A stretch of 60,400 nt of DNA, counting the filler, from Rhabdomonas costata (lineage: Eukaryota): NCBI GenBank assembly GCA_019059605.1. It is 12 parts of 12 records of this genome, joined end to end, with 100 filler letters (N's around TTAATTAATTAA, not from the genome) between each part and the next. Parts side by side here need not be neighbours in the genome. Positions count along the whole stretch, not along the records: positions 45,492 to 50,390 come from JAHMHO010000127.1; positions 50,491 to 55,402 come from JAHMHO010000128.1; positions 55,503 to 60,400 come from JAHMHO010000129.1; 9 more parts are not named here. One strand, given 5' to 3'. Positions within the stretch are counted from its first letter, which is position 1, and each line of letters opens with the position of its first letter. The position numbers were made by a program, and so were the translations under genes. The notes beneath the pieces are model-generated. The model saw nothing but the letters and a program-made list of their open reading frames with translations. It did no database searches and had not been told where the DNA came from. Shown piece by piece: positions 50,381 through 60,400 of the stretch.

Positions 50381-51501
50381 AACCACACCCNNNNNNNNNN
50401 NNNNNNNNNNNNNNNNNNNNNNNNNNNNNNNNNNTTAATTAATTAANNNNNNNNNNNNNNNNNNNNNNNNNNNNNNNNNNNNNNNNNNNNGGGGTGTGTG
50501 TTTTCATGCTGCATCAGCAGCCCTGTGAGTTTTGTTGTTTGGAGAAAATCTGCCAGAACCCTCCCCCTTCCACTCGTCCAGCCACGTTTTCGTGCCCTGT
50601 TCAAAATCCTTTATAAGCAAGGAGGTAGTGCAGTGGTTGTGTTTCGGCTGTTCCCTTTGCAGTTCAAGCACACAGTGAGAATGGCGAACGGGGAAGGTAT
50701 TCCCGTCTATTTGTTCCTGCCCTCCCTTCCCTGGGTCGAGGCCCTAGGGAACGAGGGAGCGAGCAGCTCAAGATCTAACAGCACAGAGACGTCACATCCG
50801 AAAGATGTCCAAGTGAGGGCCAAGTCAGAGGAAGTTGAGGTGTTAATGGAGCCTGCAGCAAGAGTTACAGTTTCGGTGTTGAAAGTGGAAGAAGTCCCGC
50901 CGGTGAAGCAAGTTCAGCGTTCAGTAGCGAATGTGCAAGAGTTTATGTGAGGACCAAGTGAGAGTACGTTGTGCAATTCATCCTGGTAAACAGTGGAGAA
51001 GCTGCTCAAGGGGCGTAGACCACTGTATGTGGCCGCACTGTCAGCAGTTTGCGAGTGTTTTTTTTTAGCAGCTACAGTTCCAGGAGACTCGGCTAGCTCC
51101 CAGTAACCGCAGAAAAAGTGGAAAAAAGTATGAAAGGGTGTGACGATTACGTTACATTGACGCAGATGAAATTTTTGCCCGTGACGAAGGCACCGGAAAT
51201 GCAAGGGAAATAAGTGTCTGTCAAAGCTTCAGTTTTGTCACCATCTGCAGGTTGCAGGTGGTTTAGGTGCGAACTCACACTCGTTCGTTAGTTTCGTTTT
51301 CCTCATAACAAACGGGAGTCTTTTCCCAAACACGCTTGTCAGGAACTGATATACGGTTGGGATACCCACCGTTCGAATCCCCAAAATGCCAAGGCTTACG
51401 TTTGGCACAGGGGAAGGTATAAGTTTGGATCCAACTGTGGCGTCGCTTTCTTCAGTAGCTCGGTTTTCTTTTGTTTTTCTCAGCGTTTGCACAATTGAAA
51501 A

Positions 51502-52533
51502 ATGCTGCGATGGGTTGCCGTGGTCGCCGCTGTCCTTCTTTTGGTTTTGCTGTATCAACTTGTGACGGCTCATTTTGGTGGGCCGGCGCGCCAGTGGCTG
51601 GGACTGTCAGTGAATTCGAGTCAGTGCCACGGAAAGCCTTGCACTCTTTTGTTGATGCACCGTGATGGTATCGACCTGAGTGGCCGCGGCCTGGCCCAGG
51701 GGTATCAAGACCAGATTCTCCGCTCGATTTTTCGTTGCATTGGCGCCACGAACAAGTACTTTGTGGAGTTCGGGTTCAACGACGCTTCATACGAGATCAG
51801 GGGGACCGGCAGCGGAGCCAACACATACGGGTTGTATGTGGACGGCTGGCGTGGGCTTCTCCTAGACGCTGAATACTATAATGAGACCATCAATCTGCGA
51901 AACCACACGCTCTTCTATTCCAACATCGCGGGCATTTTCAAGAAGTACGCTGTCCCCAGCGTCTTTGACTACCTCTCGATTGACATGGACTCCCACGACT
52001 TTTTTGTTGGGCTGGGGATTCTGGAAGCTGGGTATCGCCCACGCGTCCTCTCCTTCGAGTACAACGTCAACTATTTGATCCCCGAGCTGGCAGATATCCC
52101 TCTTGCACAGCTGGACCCCACTTTTGAAAACAAAAGTTTCCCTGTGCACGAGTATGAATATAAGTTCCATGGTTGCGCCTGGGGAGCCAGTCCTGCTGCT
52201 CTGGAGTTGCTGATGCACCGGTACAACTACACTCGAATCACGGTAGATGCGTACCATTTTCCGCTGGACATTTTCTACATGGATAACGACCTTGTTCCTG
52301 AGGAGGGGGTGGCCTTCAGAAAAGCCGTCCCCTTGTTGAAAAGCTTCGCTGGGACTGCGGAGGTTGGAAAGCTTTTTCAACCCGCTCAGAAGAGCGACGC
52401 TTTTCTCAAGAACCTCGTGCACGTTGGGATGCTGCTGAACGGCCGAAGTGTCTGGGAGGCCAAGGCTGCTGCTTACATGGCTGTGCGTGCTGCTGCGCCG
52501 CACAGTCCATGTTGGCGCGGGGTGAAGTTCTAG
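51502..52533 (+). CDS. Intronless SAM-methyltransferase-like (FkbM/Methyltransf_21-related) protein with an N-terminal signal anchor, copy 1 (343 aa)
   Basis: Long ORF with a hydrophobic N-terminus. Motifs YFVEFG, GANT..GWRGLLLDA, FDYLSIDMDSHD, GYRPRVLSFEYN and GASPAAL. Confidence 0.85.
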   Translation: MLRWVAVVAAVLLLVLLYQLVTAHFGGPARQWLGLSVNSSQCHGKPCTLLLMHRDGIDLSGRGLAQGYQDQILRSIFRCIGATNKYFVEFGFNDASYEIRGTGSGANTYGLYVDGWRGLLLDAEYYNETINLRNHTLFYSNIAGIFKKYAVPSVFDYLSIDMDSHDFFVGLGILEAGYRPRVLSFEYNVNYLIPELADIPLAQLDPTFENKSFPVHEYEYKFHGCAWGASPAALELLMHRYNYTRITVDAYHFPLDIFYMDNDLVPEEGVAFRKAVPLLKSFAGTAEVGKLFQPAQKSDAFLKNLVHVGMLLNGRSVWEAKAAAYMAVRAAAPHSPCWRGVKF

Positions 52534-53393
52534 GAATTTTGGACCTTTTCTCTCAACTATGTGGCCGTTTACGCACACTGTACCCAACAGAAAGATTCAA
52601 GACTGTCACTTCGGGGGTTCATCAACCCCCGTTGCGGGGCGTTTTTGCTGCGAAACGTCCGCACATCCTGTGTTGTCCCATTGTGCGACGAGTTTTTGTT
52701 TTGTGATGTCTGCGCTAAGTTCGGAGCTTTTCGTATGTGTTGGTTTACTATACGTTTTGTGCACCACCTGCTTCCCAGGCCTAAGTCCATCCAGGGCGAA
52801 GTCGTTAGCAAGTGCTCTGTTCGCAAAAAAAAAAGTTGAAATCGCAGTGGTGGGAAGTCAGTTCTCCTCTTGGTCATTGTCGCGTTTCGTGCGAAACATT
52901 GTCTCTTCACATTTTCCAGATTTTCTTGATACACTTTTATTGAGTGCATCGCCCGTTTGCTTTCGGAGAATTAGTCGCTTCTTTCCAATCCGATCCGGGC
53001 TGGTTTTCGGTGCCTGCCCATGAGAGCACGCGCTGGGGCTGCGGTCGGGATGCTCCATTTGCAGCACTGTAAATTTGCGGACTCACCGCTCTTTAGGTCC
53101 TAGGGTCGATGCCATTTTGCAGCCGTTGGGACCATGTGTGCCTTGCCGGGCCTTGGGATTGTTTATTCACCGGGTGGTAAGGGGAAGTCGCAGGCATATG
53201 CCTTTGTTCAGATTTCACCTGGCATGATGGGGCAGGTGGTGATTGTCCCTTAAACTTTCGGTGTTAAGCCTTCAGCCAAACGGTGAAAACTGAAACACAC
53301 TAAAATGGGGTCCAGTTGTGTGTTGCCCTGCGCTCTTTCCTTTTATTCCCCAGCTCCGTTCTCATTAACTTCGCCGTTGTAACTCACGGGAGA

Positions 53394-54446
53394 ATGCTGC
53401 GCTCTGCCTATGCCGCTGCAGTGGCGGTTGGGATTGTTCTTCTGTTTCTGCTGTTCTATGTTTCGCCGGGTAATCTTGGGATCCTTCTCCCTTGGTCCCG
53501 GCTGTGGCAGCTGCAGCGTTTGGATTCATGCCCGCCTGCCGAACACAAGCCAAAGCCGTGCAGTCTTCTCCTAATGCACCCTGACGGCGTCGACCTTGGG
53601 GGGCGGAAGCTGTCCCAGGGGAATCAAGACCAGATTCTCCGCGCGATCTTCCGCTGCATAGGCACCACAAACAAGTACTTTGTCGAGTTTGGGTTCGACG
53701 AGCCGACCTACGGGACCTCGGGCGGCGGGGCCAACACATACGGGCTGTATGTGGACGGCTGGCGTGGGCTTCTCCTCGACGCAAAGTACCACAACGAAAC
53801 CATCAACCTGCACAATCACCCCCTGTTCTACACTAACATTGCCGACCTTTTCCAGAAGTACAACGTTCCCCGTGCCTTTGATTACCTCTCCGTAGACATG
53901 GATTCCCACGATGTTTTTGTCGGCATGAGGATTCTGGAGGCTGGATATTTTCCTCGTGTCATCAGCTTCGAATACAACATCAATTACGCGACTCCCGAGC
54001 TCATCGACGTCCCCCTCGCCCAACTGGACCCCACGTACGAAAGCAAAACTCCGCCCCCAGAAGGGTTCAAATTCACGTTTCATGGCTGTTCCTGGGGGGC
54101 TTCGCCTGCCTCTTTAGAGAGGCTCATGCGCCGGTTCAACTACACTCGAATCCTTGTTGATTCCAGATTTGCTCCGCTGGACATTTTTTACATGGCCAAC
54201 GACCTTGTTCCTGAGGAGGGAAGGGCTTTCAGAAAATCTGTTCCCTTGCTTCAAAGCTTCATCGGCACCTCCTATTATGGGAAACTGTACGGCGCAGCGC
54301 AGGAAAGTGATGTTTATCTGAAGGACATTGTGAACTTCGGGATGCTTCTTGACGGTCGGAGTGTAGCGGAGGCCAAGGCCGCTGCTTCCGCGACGATACG
54401 TGCTGCTGCACCAAAGTGGCCGTGCTGGCGCGATGTGAAGTTCTAG
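53394..54446 (+). CDS. Intronless SAM-methyltransferase-like protein, tandem paralog copy 2 (350 aa from ATG 53394)
   Basis: Collinear with copy 1 along its whole length (QDQILR.IFRCIG.TNKYFVEFGF, GANTYGLYVDGWRGLLLDA, PCWR.VKF*). Confidence 0.85.
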   Translation: MLRSAYAAAVAVGIVLLFLLFYVSPGNLGILLPWSRLWQLQRLDSCPPAEHKPKPCSLLLMHPDGVDLGGRKLSQGNQDQILRAIFRCIGTTNKYFVEFGFDEPTYGTSGGGANTYGLYVDGWRGLLLDAKYHNETINLHNHPLFYTNIADLFQKYNVPRAFDYLSVDMDSHDVFVGMRILEAGYFPRVISFEYNINYATPELIDVPLAQLDPTYESKTPPPEGFKFTFHGCSWGASPASLERLMRRFNYTRILVDSRFAPLDIFYMANDLVPEEGRAFRKSVPLLQSFIGTSYYGKLYGAAQESDVYLKDIVNFGMLLDGRSVAEAKAAASATIRAAAPKWPCWRDVKF

Positions 54447-55732
54447 AAGCTGAGACCCCCTTACGCCACAACGATTTGGCAACGCCGGCGTCGGGGCAAT
54501 GGATTTTTGTTTTCAGAAGCGATGGGTAATGGCAGCATGAACAGAGAAAGAAAAAAGCAGCACCAGTTCATCCATCCACAGTTGACGTCAGTGAGGTTAG
54601 ACCTGAAGTCAAACGAGAGAACCCCTTCCTATCCGCTCCAAGCACGTTGCTTTCATCGTTACCTCCCCCGCTCCCCAGCATGGTGTTTGTGCCATGCGGA
54701 CCGGGGGGAACTTTACAATGTACAAACATACACAAACGCGAACAAACAGACGCAACTGTCCCTAAGTCGAACGAAGAAGGGGACCGGGAAGGAACTGACT
54801 GCTGGGCCGCAGAAGTGATGGGGGGGGGTCGAGAGGGGATAGGAGGTAAATGGGTTGGTGATTTGCCCCTCGTCATCTCTCATTCTATCGTTTACCTCTT
54901 CACTGCGCTGTGGCCCCTACGCACTCTTCCTGTCGGCAACTTTTGGATCCTTCCCAACCGCCGCTGTTCTTCTTGCCTTCCTTTCTCGCCCATCTCCCAT
55001 ACACGTCTCATCCTCATCCTCCTTTACCCACCTTCTTCTTCTTTAGAGAGGGCAACGGTGTTCACACCGTCCCCGGGTTGATTTAGCCGCTTTCGGTTAG
55101 TTTTATCTCTGTTGGTCATTTGTACTTTTTTGGGATACAGCGCGGTTTGTGAGGGCTGAGCCCTGGGTTCATGCGTTTATTTCGGTTGAGCAATTAAGTC
55201 CAAGGGATTGGGAAGTGTGATTTAATGGCAGCATGTCGTTTATCTGCAATTCAGAATTCTCGGTATTTTCGGACGCAGACGTGATGAGGGTGCTGTGTGC
55301 TTTTCATGAAGGCCTATAGGTTTTACCCTTTGATGTGCATCAGGAGTTGGGTGAAAGAGGACAAATAGATAGCTTCGCTCCATCACTCACTGACCCAAAC
55401 AANNNNNNNNNNNNNNNNNNNNNNNNNNNNNNNNNNNNNNNNNNNNTTAATTAATTAANNNNNNNNNNNNNNNNNNNNNNNNNNNNNNNNNNNNNNNNNN
55501 NNGTTTTTGTGTCCCCAGTCGGCACTCCGCATTGCTCATTGGGGCTGTTTAAAACTGACCAGAACTGTTCAGAGCTTTTTTGTAATAATCTTTGTTCATC
55601 CCGTGTGAGCCAGTACGTTAGACTCTTTAGAGTGGGGAACACAAAGCGGAAAGCGATGCCGGAGTTTCATGATCGTAAGGATATTTCCTTGACCAACCTT
55701 GGCACACCGAAACGTCTGATGTGAATTTTCAG

Positions 55733-56859
55733 AGCCGTTCGGATTCTGGCAATGTTGGTGGAACTTCGAAGCACTCGGATCGACGAGATCGACGTTGGGG
55801 GTCCTTTGAATGTGTACCGCTGGTCCCCCGAGATCACCTCCATCGATCTGAGTCGGGAGCCTTACAAACCACTTTCTGATCCTGTTGAGGTGTCTTCCCC
55901 CCTCCTGTCTCCCATGGTTCGCTCCCATGGTTACAGGTGTACCGTCTATCAGACATTTCGACATTTTGCTGAAGGGCTAGTGCCAAGGTCATCTTTCACT
56001 TTGCTTTCTTCACTCCCGGTTATGAATCGCGTCCGTATCACGTTCAAGCAGGCCAGATGCATTTCTGGTTCCTCCGGTTGAGTTTGGCGGGAGTAGACCG
56101 AAAGCTTACCGTGCGCCACTCAGGTGTTTCAGTTCGACCTAACCATGGCCGAGCCCGAGACCTTGGGCAGGGCCGTGGATGTTCCAGTGACCAACGGTGG
56201 GGGCATTGTCAGTGCCGTGGTGGTGTGGTTTGAGCTGCAGCTTGACGATGAGGTGGGGTGGGGGACCGGCCCTACAGACCCCTCGACGCACATCGGGCAA
56301 GGCATTCAGTACCTCGCTGAGATTAAGGTTGCTAGGCACTTGTTCCCTCCTGTTAATTGGTTTTCGGGCACCTTCCCTTACAACGGTTGTAGGTAAGCTG
56401 TCCAAAGTGTACTGGTATACTTGTGGTGTGGGGCGCAGCGGGTGTGCGCCATTTTGGGGTCCATCGGCTTTAGAGATGCCGGGAGTGTTCTTCTCCTTCT
56501 TGTCACTTCTCGTTGCTGGTTGGGGGGAGTTGGTGCATTTTGCAATGTTAGGATGTTGGGCATTCTCGGCGGCCGGATAGACGCAGCATTGGACATGTAG
56601 TGCCCGAACAGGGCTGACGGGGGATTTTTGTACGAGAATGCATCTTCATCCTCGTCTTGGAATCAATTCATGTCCATAAGGGATGTAATATTCGGAGGGC
56701 AGATGGCTGCTGTCCGCTTCTCGCTTGCAGGCTGCCGAGGGCGCGTCCTACCCATTGACAGTCGCAACTCGTGGCGCGGACCTCACCTTTGGGATTCGCG
56801 AGGAGGAAGTGCCGCGAAGACCTGGGCTCACCGTGCTCCCCTTACCCCGAATGGTATGA
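55733..56859 (+). CDS. Protein arginine methyltransferase (PRMT7/9-like) beta-barrel region, partial. Exons 55733-55889, 56124-56327, 56731-about 56859
   Basis: YKPLSDPVE|VFQFD, AVVVWFELQLD and TGP..STHIGQGIQYL match the PRMT barrel and the THW-loop region. Junctions are in phase. Confidence 0.7.
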
Positions 56860-57299
56860 GCGTCTCTTTGCGTGGTGCCTTGCGCGGTATGGCTGGCTGA
56901 CTGACTGACTGAGCGGTTTATAAGATTGCTGTGGTGTTTGGTGTTCTCGACTTGCGTTTGTGGGAAGCAGTTGATTATATCCAATTGTATTGTTTTGGAA
57001 CGTCACTGCTTATCACAAGCTCCTGTCCCTTCCTGGTACCAATGCGCGTGTTTATTACTTTAGATTCTGACCTCCATGATAGCGGGTGATAGCATGTGAT
57101 CTGTTTTACTTTTGACGTGGAGTGGACTTGTGGATCACCTGAACCATGAGCCTATGCGTAAACTTGCAAGACGAAAAGGTATATTTTGAAGAGTTTTCCT
57201 TGACGCCTGTGCGTTGGTGGGCGGGATTCCTAAAGGCGAGGTCGGAGCGTTTTCCCCTTGTCCTGTTGAACCTCATCAGGCATCAGGAGATCAAGTAAT

Positions 57300-57480
57300 T
57301 CAGGTTTTGCATCTGCTGAGCGGAAACGATAGAGGCCTTGTATGCGAAGGGGGGGGGGTCCAGCGGTTTCGGAGGACCTTTGGTTTGGACCACAGTGGCT
57401 TGACGTATTGGCCGGCTGGCTCAGGATCCCAAGTGGGTGGAGCACTACAAGAAGGCCGAGGAGTTGGGCCGTGGGCTGCT
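57300..57480 (+). mobile_element. Degenerate tyrosine-recombinase C-terminus (DIRS/VIPER/TATE/Crypton-like remnant)
   Basis: With small frameshifts (one in a G10 run) it reads CMRRGGVQRFRRTFGLDHSGLTYW.GW....WVEHYKK, matching HxxRxGG...GW...Y. Confidence 0.5.
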
Positions 57481-58348
57481 GCGGCGAATGGAGGTCGCTG
57501 CGGAGTTCCGTGCGGTCAGCTCGGCCGCGGTGCGGATGGCGATCCAACCCGCGAATTTTGGGCTGGAGGGGACCACAGCGGCGCGGTTTGGACACACCAT
57601 GTTTAGCCTTTGAAGGCTCTGCAGAGAAGTGGCCTCGCACTGGGGACAGCGTTGTTAGTGAAGGTCGGGCACCGACTGCACTGGGTAGAGAGTATCAGGA
57701 CGCCCAACGCAGTTGATAAGTTCAACAGTGGTTGGCTGAAGGGCTGCTCTCCACTTGGACGAGGGCTCTCGCTGCGTAACGGCCCTTGCACCTTCCGGCT
57801 CCCTGCTTCTTGCTTCACAACTTGGTCTTTGCAACTTCACAGCTCTACAGCTTCACAACTCTGCAACCCAATCGCAGTGGTGAAAACCTTCCACTGGTGA
57901 AAGGTGAGTTTACCACCCTTCTTTCGTGGCAAGGTTTGGCGTCACACACCCTTAGTTTGAAAATCGAGCTTTCCAGCAAGCACTAGAATGCCACGTTTTG
58001 CCTTCTGTGCCCAGGTCCCCTTTAGGAATGGGCACAGCGGAGCTCCCACCATCCATCATATGGATGAAAGACCTGTAACCAAAGGATGTCCTTGTTGTTG
58101 AAGCGAAAATTCCTTGAGGCTCAAACGGTGTGGTTTTTAAAAGGGGCTTATCTTTGGGGAGAGTGAGTGGCCGCGGTTCTGACTGATGAACCAGCGCGTA
58201 GATGGCCTTTTGATCGTATCAGCTGGCAAGATGGATGTTTCGGGTACTTGAAAGTGAGGGTTCGGGGGCATTTTACCTTCAAGGTACCTTGTGGGTGCGA
58301 AAGAGGGTACTCTTTGGTGCTTTGGGAGACAGGCTTCCTTTTTCTCAG

Positions 58349-58557
58349 AAGGCTTTAACACCGCCGACAAAAAGCAGAACAGGAGCAAATTCAGGGCTCA
58401 CAAATATGGGTATGTTTGTGCGATGGGGGTTCGGGTGCAGTTTTTTACGGGTTGTGACCTTTGCAGAGATTTCGATCGATTGCGCAGCATTGGGGTGCAT
58501 AGCGGTGAAGCTCATTTTGACGACGCACTGCGCGGAGGAGGGTTGCGGATTGTATGA
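58349..58557 (+). CDS. Two probable terminal exons (58349-58409, 58467-58557) of an unidentified gene
   Basis: CAG|..GG|GTATGT..GCAG| junctions are in phase (EGFNTADKKQNRSKFRAHKYGDFDRLRS..RIV*). No homology recognised. Confidence 0.35.
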
Positions 58558-58824
58558 TGATGAGTCAGTGTGCAGTCCTGCAGCGTAGATCCAGGAGGGC
58601 TCTGGGAGAGGGGTGGTGGCCAGATCGGTATGGGCAGCGCGAGAGCAGCAAGGATTCCCACAGATTGAGGCAGGGACAAACGCTCACTCAGCTTTGCACT
58701 GTGGTCGCAGGGTTTTTTGTGCGCTTTTTTTCTTCTTATTTTAAACCCTCCTCAAAGTACACACACAAACCTACTCTCAGTGATCCCCACCCTCCTCACA
58801 TATTTTTTCATCCCAGAAAACAAA

Positions 58825-59963
58825 ATGAGCAAAATTTACCACGAAGGCTCGTTTACGCTTCCGGTTCCTCCGCCCCCCGAGAGCCTCTTCAAGAAACTGG
58901 TATCCATCCGGGTCTGCAGCCTGACCTTCTTTGTGCTGGCCCTAGTGCTGACCACGGCCAGCGTGGTGACGGTGCTGGTGGTGTACTCCGCGGACGCCAT
59001 CACGGGCCTGAAGCAGGCCTCGACTCGGACGATGACGCAGATGTCCGGCAGCACCTCCGCCATCGCCGCAAACCTCTCGGCGCATACGCTGACGGTGCTG
59101 GAGCGCACGGTGCAGTCCTCGGGGCAGGCGCTGCTGGCTGCCTCGCAGACGTCGCAGGACCAGGTGACGGCGATGTCCACGGAGCTGCTGGGCCGGGGCC
59201 TGTCTCAGGTCTGAGATAGGCAGAGAGAGAGGATGTGGTTATGCTGTCTTCTTTTCTCTTCTACTTACAGTTTCGGGGCTGTTTGTGGACCGGTTGCGAA
59301 TTCTGAGCTGAAAGCCGATCGGGGCTTCTGGGGGGACTTGTTTTTTTGGGGGCGGGTTATTTCAACACGGGATTTTTAGGGTGCATGTTTATCCGTGGTG
59401 GGCCCAAGGTTTGCCGAAGCTGTTCGTCCTCTATCTGCGGTGGAAGTGTCATGATTTTTAAATGTGCACGCTGATCCCATGTTTCCTTGCCTCCCCGCCC
59501 ACATCCAGGTGTACCCCAAAACCTTTTCTCGTTGACTAGGGACTGGGTTTAAAATGCCAGCCACCGCGCTACGGATTTTCGCGGACCATTTCAAAGCTCT
59601 TATGAAGTGGAGATGGAACGTCGCACCGAACGGCACATGGTGCCAACAGCACTGCACACTGCCGTGGCAATGTTCGGGGGATGCTGGCGACGGTCGAAGG
59701 TGGTCAGCGATTTTGAATTAGAAGCACGACCCTCTGCAATGACGAACACCCTTCTTCCTACTTCGGGAAGTGGTGAACTCTTTCCCAGAAGGGGTGGAAG
59801 GAATCTTTTTTGATTCCCGTGCTGGCCCCCCGAACAGTTCGTCGGCAGCGTGGTGGAATACCTGGGCTCCATGCAAAACTCCATGAAGACGACCTATGCC
59901 TACCTCACCACTATGGGCGTCAACCTGAATGACTTTGATCAGATGCTGGACCTTGCACCCCTG
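58825..59963 (+). CDS. N-terminal part of a membrane receptor-like protein, probably another receptor cyclase. Exons 58825-59208 and 59838-59963
   Basis: An AG acceptor lies 8 nt before the ATG. High-GC3 coding with a TM helix (SLTFFVLALVLTTASVVTVLVVYS) followed by a long helical segment. The catalytic domain is not in the window. Confidence 0.6.
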
Positions 59964-60400
59964 GTTCGTGGAGCGTTGTCACGTTTGCGATTTTGTGCTT
60001 TGACTGACTAAGTACGGGATCCACACTCCATGCGATGCAATGCAATATAATGCATGGGTTTAGTTTTGTTTATGCTTTACTGGGCTCTGTCTTGTGTGGC
60101 AAAAATGTAGCTGTACGTGTACCGATAGATGGGCGCGGGTTCGTGTGAATATTTATGGGTACTTAGTGTAGCAAGTGTTCTTGTCGTCGTGCGCCTGCAA
60201 CGAAGGACGCGTTTGATCTCAAAACTGGGATTTTTTTGGTGTCAAATCAGTCAAAGAAACCTGAAAGGTTCACATCAAAATGAACTTTTCCTAACGTTGT
60301 CTCATAATTATTAACAGCGAAAACGTGGGAAAACCTGTGAAGCGTGAACTTGAAAAACGCCACCCATTTCACCCTCGCTTATTCAGCAAAAAAAAACAGT

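Noticed and set aside
57245..57282. Hammerhead ribozyme-like CTGATGAG plus stem on the minus strand (also CTGATGA at about 937, 24452 and 26144)
   Set aside because: There is no correctly placed GAAA after stem II and no closing stems I/III.

Overview
This window is not one locus. It is 12 unrelated contigs of about 4.9 kb, joined by 100-nt artificial N/TTAATTAATTAA/N linkers. Most contig ends carry G/T-only (5') or C/A-only (3') tails, which suggests a whole-genome-amplified, probably single-cell, assembly. The DNA is from an intron-rich eukaryote, most plausibly a euglenozoan (euglenid- or diplonemid-like; this is inference). Supporting signs are degenerate GT-AG donors, pyrimidine-tract+AG sites just upstream of start codons, receptor-type class III cyclases and a GTP-type PEPCK. 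Genes spliced by hand: a complete 10-exon GTP-PEPCK plus an upstream paralog fragment missed by the ORF track, an alpha/beta hydrolase, a metallo-beta-lactamase-fold hydrolase with a GC-AG intron, a discoidin-like protein, a divergent multi-exon FkbM-like protein, two tandem intronless methyltransferase-like genes, a MORN protein, a small zinc-ribbon protein, a PRMT-like fragment, a receptor cyclase and the N-terminus of a probable second one. Decayed Ty3/gypsy, CRE-like non-LTR and tyrosine-recombinase element remnants are also present. The least explained sequences are a strand-specific cluster of eight GCGNAGC mini-hairpin motifs (361-623), a hairpin-rich tract near a recombinase remnant, and an array of repeated 3'-splice-site-like units (38.05-38.39 kb). 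No clearly new multi-gene system can be demonstrated from sequence alone.
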